DNA of 48,823 nucleotides, taken from NCBI GenBank assembly GCA_032250835.1, contig JAVVEA010000022.1:1-48823 (forward strand). Direction: 5' to 3'. The stretch is from a bacterium. Lineage in GTDB: Bacteria; SAR324; XYD2-FULL-50-16. The notes under the pieces are model-generated. The model did not search any database, was not told the origin of the DNA, and saw nothing but the letters and a program-made list of their open reading frames with translations. Position numbers and translations under genes: made by a program. Below, piece after piece: positions 36,387 through 46,100 of this stretch; positions within the stretch are counted from its first letter, which is position 1, and every line of letters begins with the position of its first letter.

Positions 36387-38368
36387 GGGAGGTAGGCGAT
36401 CCGGTTGCGGCCCTGGTCTTTGGCTTGGTAAAGTGCGCGGTCGGCCCGCGCTAAGAGGTCTTCCAGGCTTTCTGAGTTGTCGCGCAGCCCGGAAATCCCG
36501 ATACTGACGGTCAGGGGGACGGGCTCTTCTCGGTCGGATTGTAGGCTCAGGGACTCAACCTGGGCACGGATCCTTTCGGCGACAATGTCCGCGCCGCTGC
36601 TCGGTGTTTCCGGCAAGATCACCCCAAACTCTTCGCCGCCCAACCGGCCCATAAAGTCCATGGAACGCAGGTGTCCGTTGACGGCCTGCACAAAGGCGAC
36701 AATCGCTTGGTCCCCTTGCTGGTGCCCGAAGCGGTCGTTGATGTGCTTGAAGTGGTCTAAATCCATCATCAATACCGACAAATGCCGCCCAAAGCGTAGA
36801 TTGCGTTGCAACTCTCGTTTGGCTTGCTCTAAAAAGTGACCACGGTTAAAACAGCCGGTCAGGGCGTCGGTCGTTGCTTGGAGGTGGAGCTTTTCGGTTA
36901 GTTCCACCCGCTGGGTGATGTCCACCAAGCCGGTGAGCATCATGGGTTTGCCCTCAAATTGGATCGGGCAAGAAGACAGATTGGTCCAGAAAACCCGCCC
37001 CGAAGGATTGATCACCTTTACTTGCATATCTTTCACCAACCCCTTCAGCTTGAGTTCTTCGGCGAAGCGGAGGCGGTCTTCGGGGTTGCCGTAAAACTCG
37101 TTGGCCGAGCGGCCCACCGGATTGATCCGGGCGTCTTTAAGGAACAGTTCTCGGGCCTTGAGGTTGATCTGACGGATCACCGCGCCCTGGGTCTCGGTCA
37201 GCATCATGGGCACCGGAGCCATCTCGAACAACTGTAGGTAGCGCTCTTTGGAGGCCTCTAACTCTTCCTGGGCGGCACAACGCGCCCTGACTTCTTTACG
37301 CAGGTTGAAGTTCAGCCGCCCCACCCACGCCGCAATGCCCGCAACCAGCAGCGCCAAGGCCCCGACCCAGGCTAGGCTGGTAAAGGCCCAGCGGTAGTCC
37401 TTTTTCTCCGGGTGATACAAGAAGCCCTCTAGGTCGATGGGGCCCGATAGGTTAAAACTCGCTTGATAGGTTTCCCCGATTTTCTGCCACCGTTTTTCGC
37501 TCATGTGCCCCAGTTCCACCATGTCGGGGAGGATCAACTCGCGCATGGCCTGGGCTTCATAGCGCAGGTGGTCTAGCGACTTTTCGGGGGCGTAGTGTTG
37601 GTGGATCTGTTGGACCATCTCTTCGGGGTGGTCTAGCGCGTATTGCCAACCCTTTAGGGACGCTCGCCGGAAAGAGGCGACCCGTTCGGGGTGTTGGTTC
37701 AATTCCTCCTCGGAGGTGAAGAGCACGTCGGTATAGTAGTCGATCCCATATTGGCGCGGGCTGATCGCTCGCCAGGGGATGCCTTGTTGCTGTAGGTAGT
37801 ATGGCTCGTTGGTGCTGTAGGCATGGAAGGCGTCTACTTTGCCTTCAATCAAGTCCTCAATCCGATAACTCATGGGGCGGATGTCCAGCTTTTGCGGATC
37901 GATCCCCTCTTGCGCCAAGGTGGCCCAGAGCTCTAGGCTTTCTGTTTTAGGTAACATCATCAACCGCTTGCCCACCAAGTCATGCAGGTTGCGGATACCT
38001 GAGTCAGCGCGCACCAGCCAGATGGAAGGGGCTGTTTGAAAAAGCGCCGCTATCGCCACCACCGGTTTCCCCTGCATCCGCAATAGCAAGATCCCCGCAT
38101 CGCCGACGGCATAGTCAGCCAAGCCGGAGACCAAAATATCCGAAGCTATGCCTAGTTTTTGGCTGGCAGCCCGGATTTCCACGTCTAACCCTTCGGCGGC
38201 ATAATAACCTTGCTTCTGGGCGGCGTAATATCCGGCGAATTGGAACTGGTGCAGCCAGTGTAACTGAAGCACCAGCTTTTCTTTGGGCACCTCGGCCTGC
38301 AAGGGACCCAAGCTACCCAGCAAACAGCCGAGGGCTAAACAAAATTTGCCAAATAGTTGCTTTTTCAA
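36383..38368 (-). CDS. diguanylate cyclase (NMT1/THI5-like periplasmic domain, TM, PAS, GGDEF)
   Basis: LQL.W.HQFQFAGYYAA..GYY...GLDVEI; TDALTG..NR, DLDHFK.IND.FGH..GD, RxxD I-site, GGEEF. Confidence 0.93.
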   Translation of the reverse strand: MKKQLFGKFCLALGCLLGSLGPLQAEVPKEKLVLQLHWLHQFQFAGYYAAQKQGYYAAEGLDVEIRAASQKLGIASDILVSGLADYAVGDAGILLLRMQGKPVVAIAALFQTAPSIWLVRADSGIRNLHDLVGKRLMMLPKTESLELWATLAQEGIDPQKLDIRPMSYRIEDLIEGKVDAFHAYSTNEPYYLQQQGIPWRAISPRQYGIDYYTDVLFTSEEELNQHPERVASFRRASLKGWQYALDHPEEMVQQIHQHYAPEKSLDHLRYEAQAMRELILPDMVELGHMSEKRWQKIGETYQASFNLSGPIDLEGFLYHPEKKDYRWAFTSLAWVGALALLVAGIAAWVGRLNFNLRKEVRARCAAQEELEASKERYLQLFEMAPVPMMLTETQGAVIRQINLKARELFLKDARINPVGRSANEFYGNPEDRLRFAEELKLKGLVKDMQVKVINPSGRVFWTNLSSCPIQFEGKPMMLTGLVDITQRVELTEKLHLQATTDALTGCFNRGHFLEQAKRELQRNLRFGRHLSVLMMDLDHFKHINDRFGHQQGDQAIVAFVQAVNGHLRSMDFMGRLGGEEFGVILPETPSSGADIVAERIRAQVESLSLQSDREEPVPLTVSIGISGLRDNSESLEDLLARADRALYQAKDQGRNRIAYLP

Positions 38369-38507
38369 CGTCCCTTCCCCTTCTTTTATGGTCCAAGAGT
38401 ATCTTGCCGCAGCCGAGGGGTTCTGCCAACTAACAGATTGTTAAGGGCTGGCCAAAAGCAGGGCTTTAGTCTAGCAATAGGCTAGGGTAAACGTGAGGGC
38501 CCGGCCT

Positions 38508-39374
38508 ATGTTATGGTTTGTTTTTGCTCTGGCCACTGCGCTGTCGGTGGCGTTCCAAGACAGCTTGGCCAAGCGGCTGTTCGGCGGCGGTAGCCCGGCT
38601 AGGATGCTGGGTTTTGTCTTGCTTTACAGTCTGCCTTGGGTGGTGCTGGGCTGGTCGTTGGTTGAGCGCCCGCCCTTGGGCCCTGAGTTCTTCTGGGGTT
38701 CTGCCCTTTTGCTGCCGCTCAATGGGGTGGCTATGCTGCTCTACATGCGGGCCATCAAGCTCTCGCCGCTATCCTTGACCATGCCGATCTTGGCCTTTAG
38801 CCCCGCCTTCTTGATTTTTATCGGTTGGGTGGTCTTGGGAGAGGTTTTGAGTTGGTGGGGGATTTTTGGGGTCTTGGTGATCATGTCGGGCGGCTACTTG
38901 CTGCATTTGGACCGCGACCAAACCAGCCTTTGGAGCCCCTTTGGCTCGCTTTGGGCCGATCCGGGCAGCCGGGCGATGCTGGGGGCGAGCTTGCTTTTTG
39001 CCTTTGCGGCCGCCTTAGGTAAATTCAGCCTGAGCCACGCCAGCCCGTTGTACTTTGCCTTCAGCTTCTTTACGGTCCACAACTTACTGATTTTAATCGT
39101 CTTGCGAGCCTTTGGCCAGATCTCGTTGCGCGACCTATTGAGTTATTGGAAGTCCGGGGTTTGGGTCGGCGGCCTATATGCCTGCCAAGTTGTGTTCCAT
39201 CATCTAGCGGTGGCGCTGACCCAGACGGCCTACATGATCTCCGTCAAACGCCTGAACATGGTCTTTTCGGTGGGCTTGGGCCGGTGGGTCTTTAAAGAGG
39301 AAAACACGGGCCAGCGGTTGCTGGCCTCGTTGTTGATGCTCGCCGGGGTGGCGGTGATTTACCTATTGGGCTAG
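38508..39374 (+). CDS. DMT/EamA-family transporter
   Basis: ~10 TM helices, two EamA repeats (SPLSL..P......LGE; FKEE...R). Confidence 0.88.
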   Translation: MLWFVFALATALSVAFQDSLAKRLFGGGSPARMLGFVLLYSLPWVVLGWSLVERPPLGPEFFWGSALLLPLNGVAMLLYMRAIKLSPLSLTMPILAFSPAFLIFIGWVVLGEVLSWWGIFGVLVIMSGGYLLHLDRDQTSLWSPFGSLWADPGSRAMLGASLLFAFAAALGKFSLSHASPLYFAFSFFTVHNLLILIVLRAFGQISLRDLLSYWKSGVWVGGLYACQVVFHHLAVALTQTAYMISVKRLNMVFSVGLGRWVFKEENTGQRLLASLLMLAGVAVIYLLG

Positions 39375-40159
39375 GCGGCTACCGGAGACAGGCGCTGGAT
39401 GTCGAGCAAGACGTCGTCCCAGAAGCGGATGCGGGCCTTTACGGCGGCAATGGCCGCCTCTTCAGCCTCGCGCTGGTAACGGGGGTCGTCTTTGCAAAGC
39501 TCGGTCAGCGTCATCATCGAGAGCGGGCCGTGGTGGTCTTGGTCTAAGAGGATGTGGCGCTCAAGGTAATAATGGAAAAAGGGGGCCTGCTCTTGGGGGC
39601 AGTTCATCTGCTTTAAGAGCGAGCGGAACATGGTCGGGATGATGTGCTCGCGGCCCAAAGCGAAGGCGGCGGCGACCTTGTGGGGTTTGCCGCTGGTGAT
39701 GAAGCTGAAGGTGGTCTGCATAAAGCGCTTCGAAGCGTCGGGCACCTCGACTTGACGGCAAGCCACCTCAAAGCCCTTCATCTTAGCGATCCGGGCAAAT
39801 TCGCGGACCTTTGTGGTCGAAGCGCCAACCTCTTCCATGGCCTTCAGGTACATCTCATAATGGCTTAGGTAGCCCTTGCCGTCGGGCAAGGTGTCGGTCT
39901 CTTCTTCTAAAACCATTTCGTTGATGAACCGCTGGATCATCGGGTTTTTGTGGGGAGACCAGGGGTAACCATGGGGGGCGATCACCCCTTGGATGGTCTT
40001 AACCAAAGACATAAAATCCCAAACCGAAAAGACATGCCGCTCCATAAAGAGGCGGAGTTGGTCCATATTGCGGATGGCATGATAGACCGGGTGGTTTTTC
40101 AGCTCTTCGCGCAGCGGGGTGATGTTTTCTAAGGGGAAATCCATGGGCATACCGGCCAT
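39371..40159 (-). CDS. DUF3050 family protein (heme-oxygenase-like/TenA-like fold)
   Basis: HPVY.....L..FMERHVFSVWDFMSL.K, INE.VLEEETD, SHYEMY..AM, GREH.IP.MF, YLERHI.LD...HGP, RIRFWD; start uncertain (40159/40150/40144). Confidence 0.85.
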   Translation of the reverse strand: MAGMPMDFPLENITPLREELKNHPVYHAIRNMDQLRLFMERHVFSVWDFMSLVKTIQGVIAPHGYPWSPHKNPMIQRFINEMVLEEETDTLPDGKGYLSHYEMYLKAMEEVGASTTKVREFARIAKMKGFEVACRQVEVPDASKRFMQTTFSFITSGKPHKVAAAFALGREHIIPTMFRSLLKQMNCPQEQAPFFHYYLERHILLDQDHHGPLSMMTLTELCKDDPRYQREAEEAAIAAVKARIRFWDDVLLDIQRLSPVAA

Positions 40160-40234
40160 TGGGGTTGTTGTGGGTCTATGGTTGTCCTTTACCCCATTTG
40201 GGGCGGCTAGGCAAGGGTTCAGCGGCTTGGAATT

Positions 40235-40269
40235 TGTTGGATTCGCTACAAAATGTCGAAAGCCTTACA
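40235..40269. promoter_or_regulatory. two tandem NifA-type upstream activator sequences
   Basis: TGT-TGGATTCGCT-ACA (40235-40250) and TGT-CGAAAGCCTT-ACA (40254-40269), both TGT-N10-ACA. Confidence 0.7.
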
Positions 40270-40338
40270 AGTCTTTGGATCTCGCCAGATTCTTGTAGAT
40301 CGTTGGTGCCCATAGGCTCGCGGTAGATTTGGCGATTT

Positions 40339-40354
40339 CGGCACGACCGCTGCA
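40339..40354 (+). promoter_or_regulatory. sigma54 (-24/-12) promoter
   Basis: CGGCACG-ACCG-CTGCA versus consensus TGGCACG-N4-TTGCW. Confidence 0.75.
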
Positions 40355-40410
40355 AAAGTCCCCTGAAGGAACCACAAGGCCCCCAGAACCCACAAACCCC
40401 CTGATAAACC

Positions 40411-40605
40411 ATGAGCGAAGAACAAAAGGAATTAAAAAAAGAATTGGCCAAACTCCGCCGCTTGGCGACCGATATTGCCGGTCAAATCCACGACATTGTT
40501 GAAGACAGCTTGTGGGACAAATATGGCGAGATGCCAAAGCTGAGCGAAGAACTAGTCGCCCGCTGTGAGGAAGTGAGCCAGTTTAAAGCCGCAAACGGGC
40601 TCTAG
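40411..40605 (+). CDS. CCE_0567/DUF683 Rop-like small protein (nif-associated family)
   Basis: 64-aa helical hairpin with ELKKE..KL...A......HD..E..LW. Confidence 0.7.
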   Translation: MSEEQKELKKELAKLRRLATDIAGQIHDIVEDSLWDKYGEMPKLSEELVARCEEVSQFKAANGL

Positions 40606-40607
40606 GC

Positions 40608-41720
40608 TTAAAACTTCAAGGTGACGGTGAGGTAGTTGATGGCGTCAAGGCTGATCAGGGAATCTAGCTGGTTGGCCTGATCCTTAAGGTAAATCCACAT
40701 GTATTCGCCTTTGTAGCTGAGCGACCAGTTGTCGGCATAGGTCCACTCTAGGCCCACTTCGGTGCGGGTCATAGTGACTTGGTTATCGCTGCCTAGCGGG
40801 CTCGAACTGAGCGGTGCGGCGAGGTACATCACCCCGCTGGTGGAACTGCCACAGCCTAAGTTGAGCAGCATACCGTCGATGCCGGGGACCGGAATTTGCG
40901 ATACCTGCAACATCAATCCCTGGATGGAGAATTTGGGGTGGTAAAGGTCGTATTCGCGCACCGACCCTGTACTGTTGTGCACCAAGACCGGCTTTTGGTA
41001 GATTAGGTCAAAGTAGGTGTAGCGCGCGGGCCAGCCGAAGATTTGGCTGTCATAGGCGATGCCTAACTCTTCTAGATGGATGTCGATCCAATACAGATTG
41101 CCCGGCGTTAAGGCGGTTACGGTCGGCGAATCATCAAAGGGTACATAGCCCACTTCTTGGCCGTAGGCGCTTTTGATGGAAACTTCGGTGTTAAAGTATT
41201 CTTCGCGCAACAAAACCACCCATTCGGGCATTTGATAAAAAGGGGCCAAGTCGGAAGACAGCCGTTGGACTTGGTTTTTTTTCTGGGTTAGGTCTGTGTC
41301 GGACTGACCGCGAGGGTCCAAGGGGTTGACCCTTACCGCCTCGTTGGGGTTGAACTGCCCAAATTGGGTTTCGTAGCGGAAGCGCTGCACGCCGCCTTGG
41401 GCTTTGTCGCCGACCACTTCAAAGAAACAAGAGCCCTTGGCGGTCCCGTCGGCGGCCATCACCGCGCCGGTCACATTTTGTTTAGCCGTTGAATAGACGA
41501 TGGAGACGTCGTCATAACTGCCGAGGTAGACGAGGTTACAGCCCACCGAACTCTGCCCGCCGAAGATGCTCTTGGCTTGCCCGATGCGGTTTTGCACCTC
41601 TTGCCCCGCTTGCTGGACTGCGCCCTGAGCTCCGCCAAAAGCGGCTTGCCCTTGGGCTTGACTCAAGCTAGGCCAGCTGGCCAGAAGGGTTAAAAAGAGG
41701 AAAAAGCGGATCGGGGACAT
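40608..41720 (-). CDS. hypothetical exported protein, possible outer-membrane protein
   Basis: Signal peptide (SQA), Gln/Gly/Ala-rich linker, beta-rich C-terminus ending YLTVTLKF. Confidence 0.7.
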   Translation of the reverse strand: MSPIRFFLFLTLLASWPSLSQAQGQAAFGGAQGAVQQAGQEVQNRIGQAKSIFGGQSSVGCNLVYLGSYDDVSIVYSTAKQNVTGAVMAADGTAKGSCFFEVVGDKAQGGVQRFRYETQFGQFNPNEAVRVNPLDPRGQSDTDLTQKKNQVQRLSSDLAPFYQMPEWVVLLREEYFNTEVSIKSAYGQEVGYVPFDDSPTVTALTPGNLYWIDIHLEELGIAYDSQIFGWPARYTYFDLIYQKPVLVHNSTGSVREYDLYHPKFSIQGLMLQVSQIPVPGIDGMLLNLGCGSSTSGVMYLAAPLSSSPLGSDNQVTMTRTEVGLEWTYADNWSLSYKGEYMWIYLKDQANQLDSLISLDAINYLTVTLKF

Positions 41721-41987
41721 CTTGGCGTTAGCTAAGGGTTCCTCTCCTTAACGGCATTTGCCGCCAAAGCTTTAATCCAAGGTTAGGCTTTTGGTTGCTT
41801 GGGGGACGCTGGTTGTTTACCCCCCTGCCGGGCTCAGCACTTTTGACCTCACCTAGGTTGCCCCAGATCAGGGCCCAGCCTCCCGCTGCCCCGACGTTTT
41901 CCCGCCCCATGGGTTGAGGCCGATTAGAGCGCAATGGATTTAGCGCTCCATCCCACTAGGTTCCTAACAACGCCCCAGTAAATCCCC

Positions 41988-42016
41988 TTGACGCCTCACC
42001 GCGGTCAAGCTACCTT
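41988..42016 (+). promoter_or_regulatory. sigma70 promoter of tRNA-Gly
   Basis: TTGACG-N17-TACCTT followed by a GC-rich discriminator. Confidence 0.7.
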
Positions 42017-42036
42017 AGCGCCACCTCCAAGATGAA

Positions 42037-42112
42037 GCGGGAATAGCTCAGTTGGTAGAGCATCAGCTTCCCAAGCTGAGGGTCGCGAGTTCGAATCTCG
42101 TTTCCCGCTCCA
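42037..42112 (+). tRNA. tRNA-Gly(CCC)
   Basis: GCGGGAA acceptor stem pairs with TTCCCGC, D loop AGTTGGTA, anticodon arm TCAGC-TTCCCAA-GCTGA, TTCGAAT, encoded CCA. Confidence 0.98.
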
Positions 42113-43102
42113 AAAAATTTCAAGTAGTTAGCCAAGAATCGTATCGCGGACCTCAGGTGAAGAAGCTGAGGGCCAGGGCCGGATTCCGGCTTTTGTCCAA
42201 CCGAGTTTGTTTGGGGGCGATTGCTGGTTCAGGCAACGTTTCTGGCTTCCAAGCAGAGGGTCGCAACATACTTAGTCAATTGGCCACAGATATAGAATCC
42301 GCGACTGAGGCCCCTGTCTAGACGCGTACAAATGACAGAATAATGCCAAACCCGAGTTTTGCGGCAAATTGGAACGGACCAGAACGGGTTCAAAAGGATT
42401 GGGGCTTATGGTTTGTTTCGGGCGGTGGCCGTTACCATCGTAGCCTCCATTTACCTTGAGAAGTATCTTGGAATTTTTCGCCCATCACACAGGAGAACAA
42501 GAAGCCATCAGCGTCACTGAAGGCGCATCACCACAGTAACCCCAGCGTTCGCCGGGATATCCCCAGGCCAAGGCCCGAACTGGAAGCGAGCGCTTACACG
42601 AATTGTGCTAATTGCTTGGTTCTCTGAGCGGTTGGCCTTTTTTTACGAGTTGGAGAATATTTATTCCCTCTTTCAAGGGCAATATCGCTTGGGTCCAGGT
42701 TTTACCCGGCCTACCTCTTCGAATGCCGAGCCGGACTCGGCTTCTTGCTTAGTAAGGCAGTAACGCTGCAAGGGGCCGCACAATGCCTTTGGACCCCTCT
42801 GATTTGGGCCTGCCATTTATAGTAGTCTACAGTTAGTTAGAATTGATTTGAGTCAGTTACAACCGGCGTACCGGGTTAATTTAAACTAATCAGAAAACCA
42901 AGAAATAATTATTATTTGACCAAAATGGATATTTTTCCTAGGTGTTTTACCTAGATATTTTTGTGTTGAGGGGGGTATTCTTCCGGCTGTTTTTAGATGG
43001 TCGGTCGATAGCCACAGCTTTTACTGTTGTATATTTTTTACATTGATTTGCCCGATTGAAACGTCCGTTTGTTTCGATTGGGCGCCTGTTAGGATAGTAG
43101 CT

Positions 43103-46100
43103 ATGTCTGCGAATTTTGTTTCGAGGTTAGTTCTTCCCTTCCTGGCTCTCACCTTCTTGGTGAACACCGCCCAAGCCAACATCACCGAAGACGGCAGCTT
43201 CACCCACGCTATCCCCCTACAAACGCCCAGAGCGGTCAACGGCATGGCCCCCCAATTGGCCCTTAGCTTCGACAGCCAAGCAGGCAACGGCGTCTGTGGG
43301 ATTGGCTGCAACTTGGCGGGCTTCGGGGCAATCTACCGCACCGAACAAGACAAAGGCATCCACTTCGGCGACGCGGACCATTATGCAGGCCCCAACGGAT
43401 TATTGGTGGACGTCTCGGGCAGCCGCACCTTGTTTCGGACCAAACACCGCACCGGAGCTAAGTATGAGCCCGCGGGTTCTTGCGGTCTCGCCGCAGAGCC
43501 CTGTAGCTGGACCGAAACGCTCCCCAACGGAACCAAGAAGTTTTACGGCGCAACCAATGATTCGCGCATCGAGGCCCTAGGGCGCAGCGGCGCGGTGCGC
43601 GTCTGGGCACTGAGCCGGGTGGAAGACTTACAGGGCAATGGCTATGACATCCAATACCTCGAAGACGGCACCGGGGCCTTTTATCCCCAGGTGGTGCTTT
43701 ATGATTCAAGCCGAATCGAGTTCCAATGGCAGGACCGCCTAGACTATACGCCTCAGTACCAAGGCGGCGGTATGGTCAGTCAAACCAAGTTGCTTTCGAA
43801 AATTTTGGTGAAGACCGCCGGGCAATTGGAGCGCTCTTACCGCTTGCTTTATGAGATCAGTGCCGACACGGACCGGAACCGCCTGATTGCCTTTATGGAG
43901 ATGGCCTCAGACGACCAGCATATCTTAAAAACCCAGCGCCTAGATTGGCAGGATCAAACCAGCCAAGGGGCTCCTAACGTTACCCCCTTCGGTCAATTGA
44001 CCCCCGACCCCAACTTGCTCGCCGACCCGAATATGCAACTGCGGACCGGCGATTTTAACGGCGATGGGAAGACAGATTTTGTCGTGACGGATTCTAAATT
44101 ATCGGTTCACCTTTACACGGCCAACGCTTCCGGTGGCTTCACAGATGCGGGAGTTATTTCTTTTTTTACGGGCATGACGTCCATTGGCACCGCGCCGATG
44201 AAACTTCATGTCCTCGATTTTGATGGCAGTGGGACCGACGACATCATTTTGCAAGGCAGTAGTGATGCGGCCGCAACGGACGTGCAAGCTCAAACCTGGT
44301 TTCTTTCCGGGAACGCTGCCGGGGGGTTCCACCCCATTACGGAAATCTCCAGAAGTAGTGCCCACACGAATCATGCATCGAGAATGAACCTCCCTCAGGG
44401 GTCCTTTTTTCATCAAAGCGTTACCTTCGACTTTGATGACCTCAACGGAGATGGGCATAAAGACATCGTGCTGTTTTCCTCTATTACGGGAGGGGCCGTT
44501 TCAGACTTTCAGGTTTATGACCGCTACCAATTCGATCAATGCTGGATGCGCTACGTTCCCCCGCCAGGGGCGCTTTCCAAAAATTATCAGTTAGTTTCCT
44601 TCGACCTGGACGACAACGGCAGCACCGACCGGATCTTGCAGCCCTATTTTGCCACCGATGCGGCCTTTATGGAAACGAGCCACGTCATGACGCTCGGGGA
44701 CGGTAGCCCCATTCCTGCGAATGCGGACCGCCGAACCGTTCAAATCTTCAACCGCCCCTTTTGGCAAGACATCACCTATAAATGGGGCACCAACCCCAAC
44801 CTGTGGGCAGCCCAGAATTATCAGATCATGCACCTCGACCTGAACCGGGACGGCAAACTGGACATCATCTTCCGTCCCACCCAGGTGACGCGCATGGTGT
44901 ACATGATGCTCAACAACGGCGACGGCTTTGACAACGTCCAAGAGATCAGCGCTAGGTGGGGCCTGACCGAAGCCATTTGGGCGGCGGACCAATATGACAT
45001 CGCTAGATTAGACTTAGAGGGCGACGGCCGCACGGACCTGATTTTTTCTTCAAAAACTACGGCCAAACCCTCGTACATCCTCAAGGGGGCGGTCTCCGGC
45101 TACTTTGAAGACGCCGTGGTCCTCAACGGACAGTATGGCGTTGCCGCCAATGATTGGAGCAGCGCCAACAACCGGTTGGTGGTGGCCGATTTTAACGGCG
45201 ACCAGCTTTCGGACTTGATGCTGGTGGGCAATACGAAAGATTCAGCAAGGGTGATCTACGCCGCCACCGGCAAGCGGGACGCCCTGGTGGCGGTCCGCAA
45301 TGGGCTAGGCGGTACGACCCGCGTAAAATACCAATTGCGCAGCAACCACCCCGGCGCGATCTCCACCGCCGCCAGCCCCACGGCCCCCAGTTCCAAGCCC
45401 AACCGTGGGCCCACCTATCTGGCGGTGGAAGAAGCGACGGACAACGGGCGGGGCCTGACTTCCACCAAACGCTACCAATACCTCAACGGGCGCTATATTT
45501 CCGGAAACCGCCTGACGGCCCGCAACCTCGGCTTTGAGCAGGTCGTTGAGACGCAGGTGGAGACCGGGGCCCAGCAGGTGAAGCGCTTTATGCAAGATAC
45601 CCTCTTGCCGCCGGTACCGGTGAAAACCGAACAATTTGACGAGACCGGCCAGTTGATGGCCCGCAGCACCCGAACTTGGCAGCAGGTCATTTACCCAGAC
45701 GGGACCGAGTCGATGCTGGTGCTTAAAGAGCTTAACGAGCGTTTTGAAGGGGGTCAATTGGAGGTCAGCCAAGAAACCACCAGCACCTATGACGCCTACG
45801 AATACCCCCTGACCCAGCAGGTCTGCACCAACGGGGATTGCGCCGTGACCACCAATACCTACCAGCACGACCCAACCCAATGGGTCTTTGGCGAGCTGGT
45901 CACCAGCCAAACCACCCACGGCGGCCTGCTGCTTTCAGCGAGCCGCAACAGCTACCAAAACCACTTACCCACCCAGCAGGAAGCCTATTTCTGCCCCCAG
46001 GCCGAAACCTGCGCTATGGGTCAGGGCAGTTGGAAGATTTTAAAACAGGTGGAGTATGACGCCAAGGGAAGGCCCGTCAAGGTGACGGACGCTTTGGGCC

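Noticed and set aside
42162-42171. AAGCTGAGGG matching part of the tRNA as a possible att remnant
   Set aside because: Only 10 nt and not the tRNA 3' end; compatible with chance
42052-42321. 89-aa ORF
   Set aside because: Starts inside tRNA-Gly; spurious
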